A stretch of 64,000 nt of DNA from Planctomycetales bacterium (lineage in GTDB: Bacteria; 4484-113): assembly GCA_037441675.1 (NCBI GenBank), contig JBBIRS010000006.1:51644-115643 (forward strand), in the 5' to 3' direction. A program made the position numbers and the translations under genes. Under the pieces are notes generated by a model. The model saw only the letters and a program-made list of their open reading frames with translations, searched no databases and was not told where the DNA came from. Below, in pieces: positions 1-9,981 of the stretch. Within the stretch, counting starts at the first letter, position 1, and each line of letters starts with the position of its first letter.

Positions 1-2
1 AG

Positions 3-1940
3 CGGTTCACTGTGCTACTTGCTGATGCCTTAAAGTACTTGGGCTTTGAAACTGCAACAACATCAGGAATTACAGTAGGTATCAACGATTTAACGATTCC
101 CTCTGAGAAACCGGAGATTATCGCCCGTGCGGACAAGTTGTCATCTGAGATCTGGAGTAAATTCAATAAGGAGCTAATCACTAGAAACGAGAAAGATGAG
201 GAAATAGCGCGGATTTGGGACCAAGCAACCAAGGACCTAACCAAGGCGATGAAGGAGAACTTTGCCGTTTTCAATCCTGTGTTTATGATGCAGGAGAGTG
301 GAGCTCGTGGCAAGATTGACCAAGTCCGTCAGCTAGCGGGAATGCGTGGCCTACTTGTGGGTCCTACTGGTAGAGTCCTTGATATTCCAATTAAGAGTAA
401 CTTCCGGGAAGGACTTAGCGTATTTGAATACTTTATTTCCACTCACGGAGGACGTAAAGGTCTTGTTGACACCGCTCTTAAGACAGCTGATAGCGGTTAC
501 TTAACTAGACGCCTTGTGGATGTTGCGGTAGACGTTAGCATTTCAGAGAGAGATTGTGGAACTAAAGAAGGAATTGAAGTTAAGCTGGGCTCTTCCAGAC
601 ACGAAACTCCCAAGAAAGCAAAGAAGATGCTTGTGGGAAGGGTATTGGCTGAGAACGTTGTAGCTGGCAGAGGTGGGAAAGTCCTCTTTGAGCGTGGTAC
701 TGAGATAACTTCAAGGATAGTGGATGAATTGTTCGAGCGCAAGGTTGAATCAGTAAAGGTTCGTTCCGTCTTGACCTGCGAATCAACTGAAGGAGTCTGT
801 GCTTTGTGTTACGGTTGGGACTTAGCATCAGGTCGTCTTGCAGAAATCGGCGATCCCGTAGGTGTTATTGCGGCACAGAGCATTGGCGAGCCAGGAACTC
901 AGCTTACAATGCGCACTTTTCACACAGGTGGTATTAAGGGAAGGGATATTACACAAGGTTTGCCCTATGTAGAGAGTCTGTTTGAAGTCAGAGGCGCGAA
1001 ACATCCTTTCGTCCTTGCTGAACGTGAAGGTGTTGTGAAGGATATTACAAAAATAGTTTATTGGCGTGTTGTTATTCAAGACCCAGAAGGTTACACCACG
1101 AAGTCTTACACTATCCAATGTAGTGAGGAAGAAAAACTACCGATAACCTATCAAATGAGGGTAACCCGCGGTACCCCTCTTGACCCTGCTAAAAAGGTAG
1201 TTGCGGAAATAGGAGGCATAGTCACTCATCTTTACACCGATTATAAGAGTACTTACCATCGTATCACCATTGTCCATGATGATGGCACTGAGAAGGTTTA
1301 TGAAACACCTCATGAGAATCGTCGTCCTCTTGTTCAAATTGGCGATAGAGTGGAGAAAGCCCAGCCTTTGTGTGACGGTGATTTAGATATAAGGCAGTAT
1401 CATTCTCTTGTAGGAGACCTGAAAACACAAATGTATCTTGTTAATACTATTCAGGACATCTACGAGTCTCAGAACGTTAACACGAACAGTAAGCACATAG
1501 AAGTGATTGCGAAGCAGATGATTAAGGTGGTTGAGGTTCTACATCCTGGCGATGCTGAAAACCTTTACGAAGGGGACTTGGTTCCTAAGCGCGAGTTTGA
1601 AATCTTGGTGGCGAAGTTAAAGAAGGAAGGTAAAAAACCACCACGCGGTAGAAGTCTGCTACAGGGTATTTCAAAGGCATCACTCACCACGGACTCATGG
1701 CTCGCCGCTGCGTCATTTCAAGAAACGACGCGTGTCCTTACTAAGGCGGCGATTGAGGGTCAGGTTGACCGTTTGCGCGGTATTAAGGAAAACGTAATTG
1801 CCGGTTCGCTGATTCCTGTTGGTACTGGAAGAGTCGTAAGGGATGTGCATAAGGCACTCCGTGAAGGCGTTCCTGGGCAAGTTAAACGCTTCTTTGAAGT
1901 GGAAGAGGAGGAAGAAAAACCCGTTAGTGGTCTTTTCTGA
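3..1940 (+). CDS. rpoC: DNA-directed RNA polymerase beta' subunit, C-terminal part (5' end lies outside the window)
   Basis: Motifs STHGGRKGLVDTALKTADSGYLTRRLVDV, AAQSIGEPGTQLTMRTFH (trigger loop) and SWLAAASFQET; the frame is open from the window start. Confidence 0.99.
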   Translation, partial: RFTVLLADALKYLGFETATTSGITVGINDLTIPSEKPEIIARADKLSSEIWSKFNKELITRNEKDEEIARIWDQATKDLTKAMKENFAVFNPVFMMQESGARGKIDQVRQLAGMRGLLVGPTGRVLDIPIKSNFREGLSVFEYFISTHGGRKGLVDTALKTADSGYLTRRLVDVAVDVSISERDCGTKEGIEVKLGSSRHETPKKAKKMLVGRVLAENVVAGRGGKVLFERGTEITSRIVDELFERKVESVKVRSVLTCESTEGVCALCYGWDLASGRLAEIGDPVGVIAAQSIGEPGTQLTMRTFHTGGIKGRDITQGLPYVESLFEVRGAKHPFVLAEREGVVKDITKIVYWRVVIQDPEGYTTKSYTIQCSEEEKLPITYQMRVTRGTPLDPAKKVVAEIGGIVTHLYTDYKSTYHRITIVHDDGTEKVYETPHENRRPLVQIGDRVEKAQPLCDGDLDIRQYHSLVGDLKTQMYLVNTIQDIYESQNVNTNSKHIEVIAKQMIKVVEVLHPGDAENLYEGDLVPKREFEILVAKLKKEGKKPPRGRSLLQGISKASLTTDSWLAAASFQETTRVLTKAAIEGQVDRLRGIKENVIAGSLIPVGTGRVVRDVHKALREGVPGQVKRFFEVEEEEEKPVSGLF

Positions 1941-2199
1941 TCCATTATGTGGTTATGAGTTGTTGTCACTTGAATTTAATCGGTAAGCTCCGTGAACGCA
2001 AGCCCATCTTTTTAACTAATCGTGAATTGTAAATCTCTTTCACCTGCTGATAATATCTTATTTCATAGAGTTTTATTACTGTGACTACTTCACTTGTCAG
2101 GGGCCAACTTGCCATAACAAAAGTTCTTCCCATTTAAGTAAAGCGGTTCAGCTTGCATTACCAATCTTTGGAGAGAGTTTTATAATAGTATTACTTGGA

Positions 2200-2727
2200 A
2201 TGCCTAACGTAGATTCACTTCCTGAAGAGTCGCTGATTAACACTGGTGCTACATCTACACTATCTGATATTCAAGATGTTTCTCAAGATATTTCAGCGCC
2301 CCAACCAGAATTTATAAAGTGGTCATTCAAACCATGGAAGGAACATCCGCTGCGCGCGCTGGCAGTTATCATCATCAATCTCGCAATTACCCTACTTATC
2401 TATTTCCTCTATAGAGATTTAGTAATGACTGACTTTGCGTTTCTTGTGATGTTTGGAATGACGTTAACAATTTATATTCCAGTGACGTATTTGCTAGATG
2501 ATGCGGGCGTTACCGTAATTTTCTTATCTGTTAAAAGCTTCCGACCCTGGAGTCATTATAAAAACTGCTATTTTCATGAAAATGGTGTTTTTCTCACCTC
2601 TCTTCCCAAACCGAGCAGGCTTGACCCATTCAGGGGTCATTTTATTAGATTTTCAAAAGACAGAGAACTGATTTCTCTTTTTATTAAATCACACCTCAAA
2701 AAGCCTTCTAGCAAAAACTCGGTGTGA
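2200..2727 (+). CDS. Hypothetical membrane protein (2 TM helices followed by a small soluble domain)
   Basis: 175-aa ORF with two hydrophobic segments; TATAAT about 18 nt upstream of the ATG. Confidence 0.7.
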   Translation: MPNVDSLPEESLINTGATSTLSDIQDVSQDISAPQPEFIKWSFKPWKEHPLRALAVIIINLAITLLIYFLYRDLVMTDFAFLVMFGMTLTIYIPVTYLLDDAGVTVIFLSVKSFRPWSHYKNCYFHENGVFLTSLPKPSRLDPFRGHFIRFSKDRELISLFIKSHLKKPSSKNSV

Positions 2728-2927
2728 AGTGCGAACTTTACATAATGTTGTAATTAGAGTAGGCGCGGTCTCCGACTTTTACCAAATATTTTTCTATAAA
2801 TTTCGCAACTATAGCTAGCGAATGCTCCCAATTTTCAAGCGCGTTTATATCTGAGTAAGATAAGTCTTTGCGATAGTCAAGCGCATAAAAAGGCATTTTG
2901 GTTTGGAGATTGGTTGAAAAGCAAAAT

Positions 2928-3397
2928 GCGGGGGAAATAAGCCGGGTTCTGTCTCTGCGGTCATTTCTCTAGCCTGTCCGTTCCTTTGGTAGTATCCGTC
3001 AGGATATGCCTAGGCGGACTTGCCGAAGTTCCCGACAGGTCAATCGGCATGATAGTGGCGAAGGATGAGCAGTTCGTTTTTCATTCGCGTCAGCGCGGAG
3101 CTTTCGCGAACGTCCGCCACCTGCCTTGCACCGGACGAGTTTGCCCACCCGTAAACTTCACAGTCACGGACGTGCGCTCTTACCGCACGGTTTCACCCTT
3201 GCCAGAGGTCACAACCGAAATTTCGGTTCATCCCGCCAGAGGCGGAACTTCCCGAGGGTCTGGCGGTATTTTTCTGTGGCGCTTTCCATACCCCGCTTTC
3301 ACGGAGTTCTGGGAATTACCCAGCGTCCCGCTCTGTGGTGCCCGGACTTTCCTCAGATGCGAACTTGCATTCACATCCGCGACCGCCTTTCCCCCGC
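2928..3397 (-). ncRNA. rnpB: RNase P RNA, bacterial type A, enlarged (~470 nt)
   Basis: Minus strand has GAGGAAAGTCCGGGCACC, GCCACAGAAAA, AGGGTGAAA..GCGGTAAGAGC and ACAGAACCCGGCTTA; terminal P1 is GCGGGGGAAA/TTTCCCCCGC. Confidence 0.97.
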
Positions 3398-3999
3398 TAT
3401 TTTATTTTACCAGAATCCGCTAGGATTAGACGCAGAGTTTATTTAAATAAATCTCTCCAAGTAGATTTCATTGACGCAATCTTAGACGGTTGGATTTTAT
3501 CACGATATTCTTGCCACTCATTGGCTTGCATTAGCGGAGAAAAGACATATTGGACATATGAGGCTTTTTTCACAAGTTATCCTTTTCGCAAGATGGAAGT
3601 TGTGTTTTGGTGATGAAGGGTGCTGTTTGGAACGAGGGAAATTTCTTCCACTCTGTGGTCATAATATCTTCTGCCTGTCCGTAGAGAATTATCTGGTTTT
3701 AATATGAGTTAGTGAAATGGCTCTTAGTAAAATTGTATCGCTAACTTTAGAAAATGTGTCTATCAGCTCTGTCCGCACTTTTTCGGGTCAAACAAGGTAG
3801 GCCAACCCGTGGGCGGTCATATCCTTATCTCTTGACATAGCCTGTACGCAACGCACATTTTCCCCTGCGCCTCCTCATCTCTTCCAAGATCCCCTATCGC
3901 TACCACCAGTTTATCGTATCCTAACGCAAAAGGTTTCATCAATGATTTTAATTACTTTATTTCCCCTTATTTCTAGCAAGGGTGAAAATTTTTCTTCCT

Positions 4000-4185
4000 T
4001 TAAAACGTAATAAAACTCAGAGTAACCATGATAATAGCCATAATAGCTATTCCAACACCTAATCCGCTCAAAACTGCCAAGCCCAAATATGGTATAGAGT
4101 GATTCCAAGCTAGATAAACAGATAGGCTTATTAAAGCTAAAAAATAAATACCCCACCCATAATCCTTTAATTTCTCATAATTCAT
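4000..4185 (-). CDS. Small AT-rich membrane protein, possibly the 5' fragment of a frameshifted gene
   Basis: ATG at 4185 preceded by GGAG; two hydrophobic helices. An overlapping frame continues to 3911. Confidence 0.35.
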   Translation of the reverse strand: MNYEKLKDYGWGIYFLALISLSVYLAWNHSIPYLGLAVLSGLGVGIAIMAIIMVTLSFITF

Positions 4186-4204
4186 TGTTTTGCTCCATCT
4201 TCCC

Positions 4205-4498
4205 TCATACAAAGCTCACTTCAGCGAGAATTTTGTCCCTAAGCTCCTCCATTAGCCCCATCCTTGTTACGATATCAACCTTTCTACCAAGCTCGCGTTC
4301 TAAAAGCGACGCAAGTCCGAGAGAGTCAAACAACTCCGCCTCTTCAGTGAAATCAACAAGAATAACAATATCGCTTCCCTCCTAAGCCTCTGCTCGGACG
4401 AAAGAGCCGAAAAGCCAAATTACTCTCGCCTTATAGGTCGCGCAAGCCTCATCTTTAAACGCCTTCAGCTATTCAAGTATATCTTCACTCGTAAGCAT
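4205..4498 (-). pseudogene. Minimal nucleotidyltransferase (MNT antitoxin) pseudogene
   Basis: Manual translation MLTSEDILE*LKAFK..VIG/(fs)LFGSFVRAEA*EGSDIVILVDF..LERELGRKVDIV: the MNT FGS..R..SDxD-type motif with two TAG stops and one frameshift. Confidence 0.8.
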
Positions 4499-4536
4499 AT
4501 CTCAAATGATACTAAAAAAGTATCTTAGAAGCTAAT

Positions 4537-5001
4537 TTATCCAAGCCTCTCCTTTGGCGAACTTCTTTTGTCCGCTATAGGGATCTTCTCGCACCTCTTA
4601 TCAATTCGCATTATCAGCGCTTCGATGCAGGCGCGTTTTTCCAAAACTGCCTGCAAACGGTTGTAGAATTCCATGCTAAGGTTCATTCCGAATGGGCTTG
4701 TAGCCACGTTCACGCCGTCCACCGCAGTATCAATTATCGGGCGGAAAAACAACATCAGCTGGCTCCCAAGATATCCCATTGGGCGCATACTCTCAAGAAA
4801 AACGATAGCGGGCACCGCCATTCCCGCGCGCACTACGCGCTCCGCTAGAATCTCCAGCGTTTCAAGTTCCTCCGCGCTTAGTTCATCCTCAGTGCCTTTT
4901 TCCACCTTGAAGGCATGAGCAAGGCCGTTTAGAAAGTTTCTCCAGAAGCCATGTTTGCCTTTGTCGCTCCAATTAGACCTTGTTTCTGATTTCGCCTTCA
5001 T
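4537..5001 (-). CDS. Conserved hypothetical protein
   Basis: Intact ORF with a helical segment GMAVPAIVFLESMRPMGYLGSQ; ATG at 5001 preferred over TTG at 5043. Confidence 0.7.
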   Translation of the reverse strand: MKAKSETRSNWSDKGKHGFWRNFLNGLAHAFKVEKGTEDELSAEELETLEILAERVVRAGMAVPAIVFLESMRPMGYLGSQLMLFFRPIIDTAVDGVNVATSPFGMNLSMEFYNRLQAVLEKRACIEALIMRIDKRCEKIPIADKRSSPKERLG

Positions 5002-5193
5002 CCTTCTGCCTCTGAGTATAGTATAGATAGGTTTCACAGACAAGAAAGCCCAGGCGTAACAACGTTTCTTGCCATTCTATATAATGTTTCCAAAGAGACC
5101 CTCTAATAAATCTAAATCTAATGTTAATCAAAGAGTCATTTTTATTAGCGTCTAGGTTATAATTTGAAATTGTTTTCAGGAGGTGATCTTAGA

Positions 5194-6043
5194 ATGGATA
5201 AGGGTGAAAGCTGAGGTGAGAAGCGACCCAAGAAAGTAGATATTCTGCGCCTGGAAAAGCGTGGACAACCAAATATTAGGCAAAGATTAGAGAATGCTGT
5301 ATTAACTTCACTGCCTCATAGGAGAGCGAGAAAAAATGGAAATGAATAGACCATTACTAAAGCCATGGATGAGGGTGTGGATTCAACTGAGAAGAGTGTT
5401 ACATCTTCAGATGCGAGTTCTACTCGTTCTACTTTTGCCCCGGCTGAACTTGAATACACAACAGAGCCGATTCTAAAGAGCGCAATTCGACTGAAGAGCA
5501 AGCTACAAGACCTTGAGGTGGATGAGAGATTCTTAAGGGGGAATTCACATTTAGACCGATCTGCGGATTGTATATCTTGAAAGTTGCCCTTTTGCCCTTC
5601 ATTCCGCTACCATTAATCGCCTTCTTCTATTCGATCCTCGCAGGTGCGCCAAGTTGATTCTGGATGGTTAGTCTCGTTAACATCTTTCTCTTTCCACTTT
5701 ACGCTGTCTATATGTTCGTAGCTCTTACTTACACAAATTACGATTCTCCTTGGTTAGTTGCTGGACATCTTGAACTTCTATCACAAAATGGACTAATTGT
5801 TCCCCTCCTTTACGCTCTGGTTCTGTTAATTGTTTTTGTCGCCTCATGGCTGATAGGTTGAAGACGTAGATGGGATATTTAGAATTCGCAAGCTTTGCGG
5901 AATTCAGGGAAGTTGAGGACCGCTATCAATTGGTCGGTATTGCTTTATTCTGCCTGTTTGTGTTTTTTACAGTTGGCTCGCTCGCCCTGAGCAATATACC
6001 TGACATTTTTAACTACATTTTTGGCTTGGAGTTCAAACCCTAA
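5194..6043 (+). pseudogene. Degraded membrane protein gene (charged N-terminal region, several C-terminal TM helices)
   Basis: SD AGGAGGT (5178-5184) before ATG 5194, which is in frame with ORF 5365 through a TGA and a TAG; hydrophobic fragments continue in shifted frames to TAA 6043. Confidence 0.55.
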
Positions 6044-6088
6044 TTAAAATGTGTGTTGTTAGTGCTATTAATTGTTTCGCTAAGGAAG

Positions 6089-6126
6089 AAAAAAAGAAGG
6101 TGGACGGCTAAAATCCGCCCACCTTC
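6089..6126 (-). terminator. Rho-independent terminator of the PKD lipoprotein genes
   Basis: Minus strand GAAGGTGGGCGG-ATTTTAG-CCGTCCACCTTC followed by a T tract, just after the stop at 6149. Confidence 0.85.
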
Positions 6127-6148
6127 ACTAAATTCAGTTTAGATTTCC

Positions 6149-9100
6149 TTAACCGTTCTTTCTGGAAAAGACTGGGAATGATAGGCCTGCGTCATCAGTA
6201 AAGCCGTAAACGACCGCCGGTTGACCTGCAACTTCCATTAGGAAGCAATACTGACCTGAGATGTCGGTAGTTCGGTCAACCCACTCAACGCTCCATGTTC
6301 CCGAGCCATCCGCAGCTGAGTTAACGAGATATACTAAGTTCTCGGTGGAATCATCCGCACCACGATAAGCGGAGATTGCTGGTAAACCGCCAACAATAGC
6401 GAGGGAGACAAAGTCGTTAAAGCCGGGGTAGAAGAGCTCAGTCTTGGTCCAGTTCGGTGTCAGGCCATCTGCGGTTGTTGCTCTGGCGAAGTAAAGTTTG
6501 CCGGTTTGCCTGTCAATATAAGCGCCAGCAGGTCTTCCGGATACTACCGCTAGAGAGCACGCGTTGAATGTGGCGCCAGCGGTTGTGTCAACATCAACGG
6601 TTGTCCAAGTCCCAAGACCATCCGCCTGGGAGTTTCTAGCGTAACGAACGATAGGACTGATATCTCCAGTGTAAAGTACTGCGGGATTACCACCGACAAT
6701 CGCAAGACTTACGGAGCTGAAAGTGTCGGAGCTGTCTATAATTCCCAATTGCCAAGTCCCCAAGCCATCTGTTGTGTTGCTTTTTGCGTAAGCGACATTC
6801 CCATTATTGTTAATATAAGCGACAAATGGAGCCCCTCCAGCTATACCGAGAGAATAACTGGCGCCCAAGTTTCCTTCGGCCGAACCTGTTATGTTTGCCG
6901 AACTCCAGCTCCCAGATCCATCTGGCTGAGAGCTCTTCATAAACCTTATCTGGAACGCGGGCGGGCGAGAACCAATGTTATGCAAGTAAACAAATGCAGG
7001 AGTGGTTTCAACGATTGCAAGATTTGAAACAGGGGATGAAGAGTTTGCTGGATCGCCACTATTAGTAATTTGCTGAGGTGCGCTCCAGGCGCCGGAGCCA
7101 TCCGAATTAGCGTTACGAGAGTAGAATATCTCATACGGACCCATATCTGATAGTGCAATATGTATTATCGCTGGGTTCCCATTTGCTATTGCCATAGACG
7201 TGAAAATTCCGCCATCTCCTTGATTATCAACCACACTTCTAGACCAATTTGTTCCCAGCGTTTTTAACTCAACATCCATTGCATAATCGTAGTTCGTGGA
7301 AACTCCTGTAATGCTCGCTCTTATGTACCAAGTTCCGCTAGATTCAACAGGCCATTCAAGGATTTGAATGCCATTCGTAACACGATACGAAGTAGCTATC
7401 GTTTGGTCAGAGGAGTTTCTCACTCTTAGCCTTATCGCGTTACCTAGATCGCCTGCGTTTGGATCATAATCTGCTCTCGCAAGGAGAATCTGACCAACGG
7501 ATGCAGTAAAGGTGAAGTAATCCCAAGTCCCACCATCGTAACCACCGGTTCCGAGGTTCGCTAGGAAATCCGTTTCGGGCAGTGTAAAGAGATTGGCCTC
7601 ACCAAGAGAGTTGTTAGGCTCAGTTTCGTCATAGCCAACGGTGAAGTTAAAAGTTTCGTCAGCATCTGGGAGAATACCGTTGGAAACTTGAAGCCGAATC
7701 GGATAAGTTCCAAAGACGTTAGGCACTGTAATATCTGGAGCGGTAACAGTGTCTCCACTGCCTGAGTAAGTTTCAGGACTAAAGCCATCTCCCGGATTTC
7801 CAAAAGTCCAAGTATAGTTAAACGGAGTTGTTCCGGTAACTTGAGCGGAGAAATCAACTGTTTGACCAGCGCCTGCGCTTAGCGGAGATATACTGATTAT
7901 TTCTGGCGGGAAGCCTGTGCTAGCAATGGAGTAGCTGAAGTTAACAATTGTGGTTCCATAGTTATTGGTAATTGCGACTGTGCCATTGCGAGGCCCAGGA
8001 GTTCCGGTAATAGTAACAGTCGTTTGTGAGTCAGATTCTGATGGCGCGGAAGGATTTGCCCAGTCACCATTGCTGTCGGAGAAATTCCAAGTGTAGTTTA
8101 AGAAGGGACCAGTGCCAACCGCGCTAGCAGTAAATGTAACCTCTGTTCCTTGCTCAGCGGTTGGTGGGTTACCCATGACATTGCCATTAAAGGGCCGATA
8201 ACCAACGTCTATATTGAAATTCACAGGACCAGCACTGCCAAAGGGATTTGATACGCTCAATGAACCCGTGTCAGTTCCTTCGTTTACTCCGACGACTGAT
8301 GGTTGTCTCTCATTGGAACTAGAGGGATTGCACAGCGTTCCAAACTGCCAGTTAAAGGTTAAAGGTTCACTACCGCTAACATCGGCGGAGATATTTCGCG
8401 CTGGGTCTGGGATTGAAACAATAAATGGATCAGGAGTAATACTGTCAATTAGCGGAGGTTCTCCTGGGTTTACCCTGAAGTCAATGGTCATTTCGTCAGT
8501 CAGGCTGTTTTTGTCAGAAACCTGAAGACTAACCTGATAATCACCAGGTGCTCCTAGCGTTGCGGTAGGTCGCTCAATTGTTGGGTTGTCCACAGTCCAA
8601 CTAACTGGGAAAGTCCACTGGAAAGCGTAAGGCGGTGTCCCACCTATGACTGTCGGAGTAAACTGAACGTCAGACAGTTCAGTTCCACTTTGCGGTTGAA
8701 TGTCAGTGATATCAGGAGGTGTTAGAAGCAGTACGTCAAATGGGAATGTCTCTGTGTCACTTAATCCGCTCGCATCCGTCACTTCAAGGGTGATGGCGTA
8801 AGTATTGGGATCAGTTGGCACAACGATGCCAGGTGCGGTAACGGTATCACCACTGGCGGAGTAAGTTTCAGGGTTGAAGCCATCTCCGGGCGATCCAAAT
8901 GTCCAGTTGAAGTTAAAGGGTGGAGTTCCTGTAACATCAGCGGTGAAGTCTATAACCTGACCAGGGCTACCTGAGCTTGGGCTGATTGAGTTGATCTCAG
9001 GACCAATTGGAGAGGGTTCGATCAGATACTCGTTTGAGCGTATAGTCTCGTCACTTACCCCTGTTGCATCAAATGGAATTACACTAACATACACTGGAAC

Positions 9101-9796
9101 TGTTGGGGGAGTAACTTCAACTTCTTTGAGGAATATATCTCTTCCCTCTGGAATAACTGACCTTTCAGCAAAAGTAACATCTACAATGTCAGTATAAGTT
9201 GTTGAACCATCCTCGCGCATTTGAATTTTGTATCCGTCCACCTTTCTTCTGAAATTTGATGCAAGTGGCGCTACTTCTCTAATATCCACAACTTTGTCAT
9301 TGTTGTAGTCCGCAAGTTCTGCCATTGGATTGTCCGAGGGGTTATCATATCTGCCAAAGAAGTTATCAGCTATTGGTTTTACATCACGAATATCAACGAC
9401 TCCATCTTCGGTTCCATCACCTTGATTTTGATAGCTCCATTGAAGCGACCACTGCCCAGGGGCTAAGACTGTTACGGTTAGGTCGTCAACCTTACTACCG
9501 TTTCCAACTGGTGGCGCGGATACCGTTTTGGAATTCAGAGAAATGCCATTTCTGACTAACTGATAAATAAGTTCTTCTTTCAGTTCCTTAAATAATTTCT
9601 CGTCCACACCTGATGGAGTTTCCGCTTTCATTATTTCTTCGCCGATGGTTAATTCGGTTTGGAAAATAGGCGGGAGGGGGCGAGGGGTTGACAAAGATTT
9701 GGTGCCACTTGAACCACCACAGCTTCCTGCAAAAATAAAAATTGTGAGGGCTGTCACAATTAGCGCATAAGTTGCTACTTTTTGTTTTGAATACAT
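6149..9796 (-). CDS. Large surface lipoprotein: dockerin-like Ca-binding pair, several PKD-like Ig domains, PPC-like domain, C-terminal beta-propeller
   Basis: Lipobox-like FAGS-C; GDGTEDGVVDIRD and ADYNNDKVVDIRE; repeated PxIxSISP..F.W.FG units; ETEPNN motif; repeated SLAIVGGxPA blades; SD GAGGAGG. Confidence 0.85.
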   Translation of the reverse strand: MYSKQKVATYALIVTALTIFIFAGSCGGSSGTKSLSTPRPLPPIFQTELTIGEEIMKAETPSGVDEKLFKELKEELIYQLVRNGISLNSKTVSAPPVGNGSKVDDLTVTVLAPGQWSLQWSYQNQGDGTEDGVVDIRDVKPIADNFFGRYDNPSDNPMAELADYNNDKVVDIREVAPLASNFRRKVDGYKIQMREDGSTTYTDIVDVTFAERSVIPEGRDIFLKEVEVTPPTVPVYVSVIPFDATGVSDETIRSNEYLIEPSPIGPEINSISPSSGSPGQVIDFTADVTGTPPFNFNWTFGSPGDGFNPETYSASGDTVTAPGIVVPTDPNTYAITLEVTDASGLSDTETFPFDVLLLTPPDITDIQPQSGTELSDVQFTPTVIGGTPPYAFQWTFPVSWTVDNPTIERPTATLGAPGDYQVSLQVSDKNSLTDEMTIDFRVNPGEPPLIDSITPDPFIVSIPDPARNISADVSGSEPLTFNWQFGTLCNPSSSNERQPSVVGVNEGTDTGSLSVSNPFGSAGPVNFNIDVGYRPFNGNVMGNPPTAEQGTEVTFTASAVGTGPFLNYTWNFSDSNGDWANPSAPSESDSQTTVTITGTPGPRNGTVAITNNYGTTIVNFSYSIASTGFPPEIISISPLSAGAGQTVDFSAQVTGTTPFNYTWTFGNPGDGFSPETYSGSGDTVTAPDITVPNVFGTYPIRLQVSNGILPDADETFNFTVGYDETEPNNSLGEANLFTLPETDFLANLGTGGYDGGTWDYFTFTASVGQILLARADYDPNAGDLGNAIRLRVRNSSDQTIATSYRVTNGIQILEWPVESSGTWYIRASITGVSTNYDYAMDVELKTLGTNWSRSVVDNQGDGGIFTSMAIANGNPAIIHIALSDMGPYEIFYSRNANSDGSGAWSAPQQITNSGDPANSSSPVSNLAIVETTPAFVYLHNIGSRPPAFQIRFMKSSQPDGSGSWSSANITGSAEGNLGASYSLGIAGGAPFVAYINNNGNVAYAKSNTTDGLGTWQLGIIDSSDTFSSVSLAIVGGNPAVLYTGDISPIVRYARNSQADGLGTWTTVDVDTTAGATFNACSLAVVSGRPAGAYIDRQTGKLYFARATTADGLTPNWTKTELFYPGFNDFVSLAIVGGLPAISAYRGADDSTENLVYLVNSAADGSGTWSVEWVDRTTDISGQYCFLMEVAGQPAVVYGFTDDAGLSFPVFSRKNG
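7722..9002 (-). repeat. Intragenic duplication of a PKD-like domain (units at about 9002-8816 and 7910-7722)
   Basis: PEINSISPSSGSPGQVIDFTADVTGTPPFNFNWTFGSPGDGFNPETYSASGDTVTAP versus PEIISISPLSAGAGQTVDFSAQVTGTTPFNYTWTFGNPGDGFSPETYSGSGDTVTAP. Confidence 0.8.
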
Positions 9797-9981
9797 TTAT
9801 TTCCTCCTCTAAACGAATTGATCCGTCCCTTCTGGTAGCTATTCCCCTAGTCAATATTATAACTCAAAATTCAGAAATGAAAATCAAGGTTCTTGGATTA
9901 TAACCGAAACGAGATAACAGGAAAGCTCACCTTTAATTTGAAATGCTAGCTTCTTCACAAGTTAGCACCTGAGAAGTAAAC

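Noticed and set aside
2986-3613. ORFs 2986-3423, 3126-3446 and 3335-3613 on the + strand
   Set aside because: They are antisense to or overlap the RNase P RNA and show no protein motifs.
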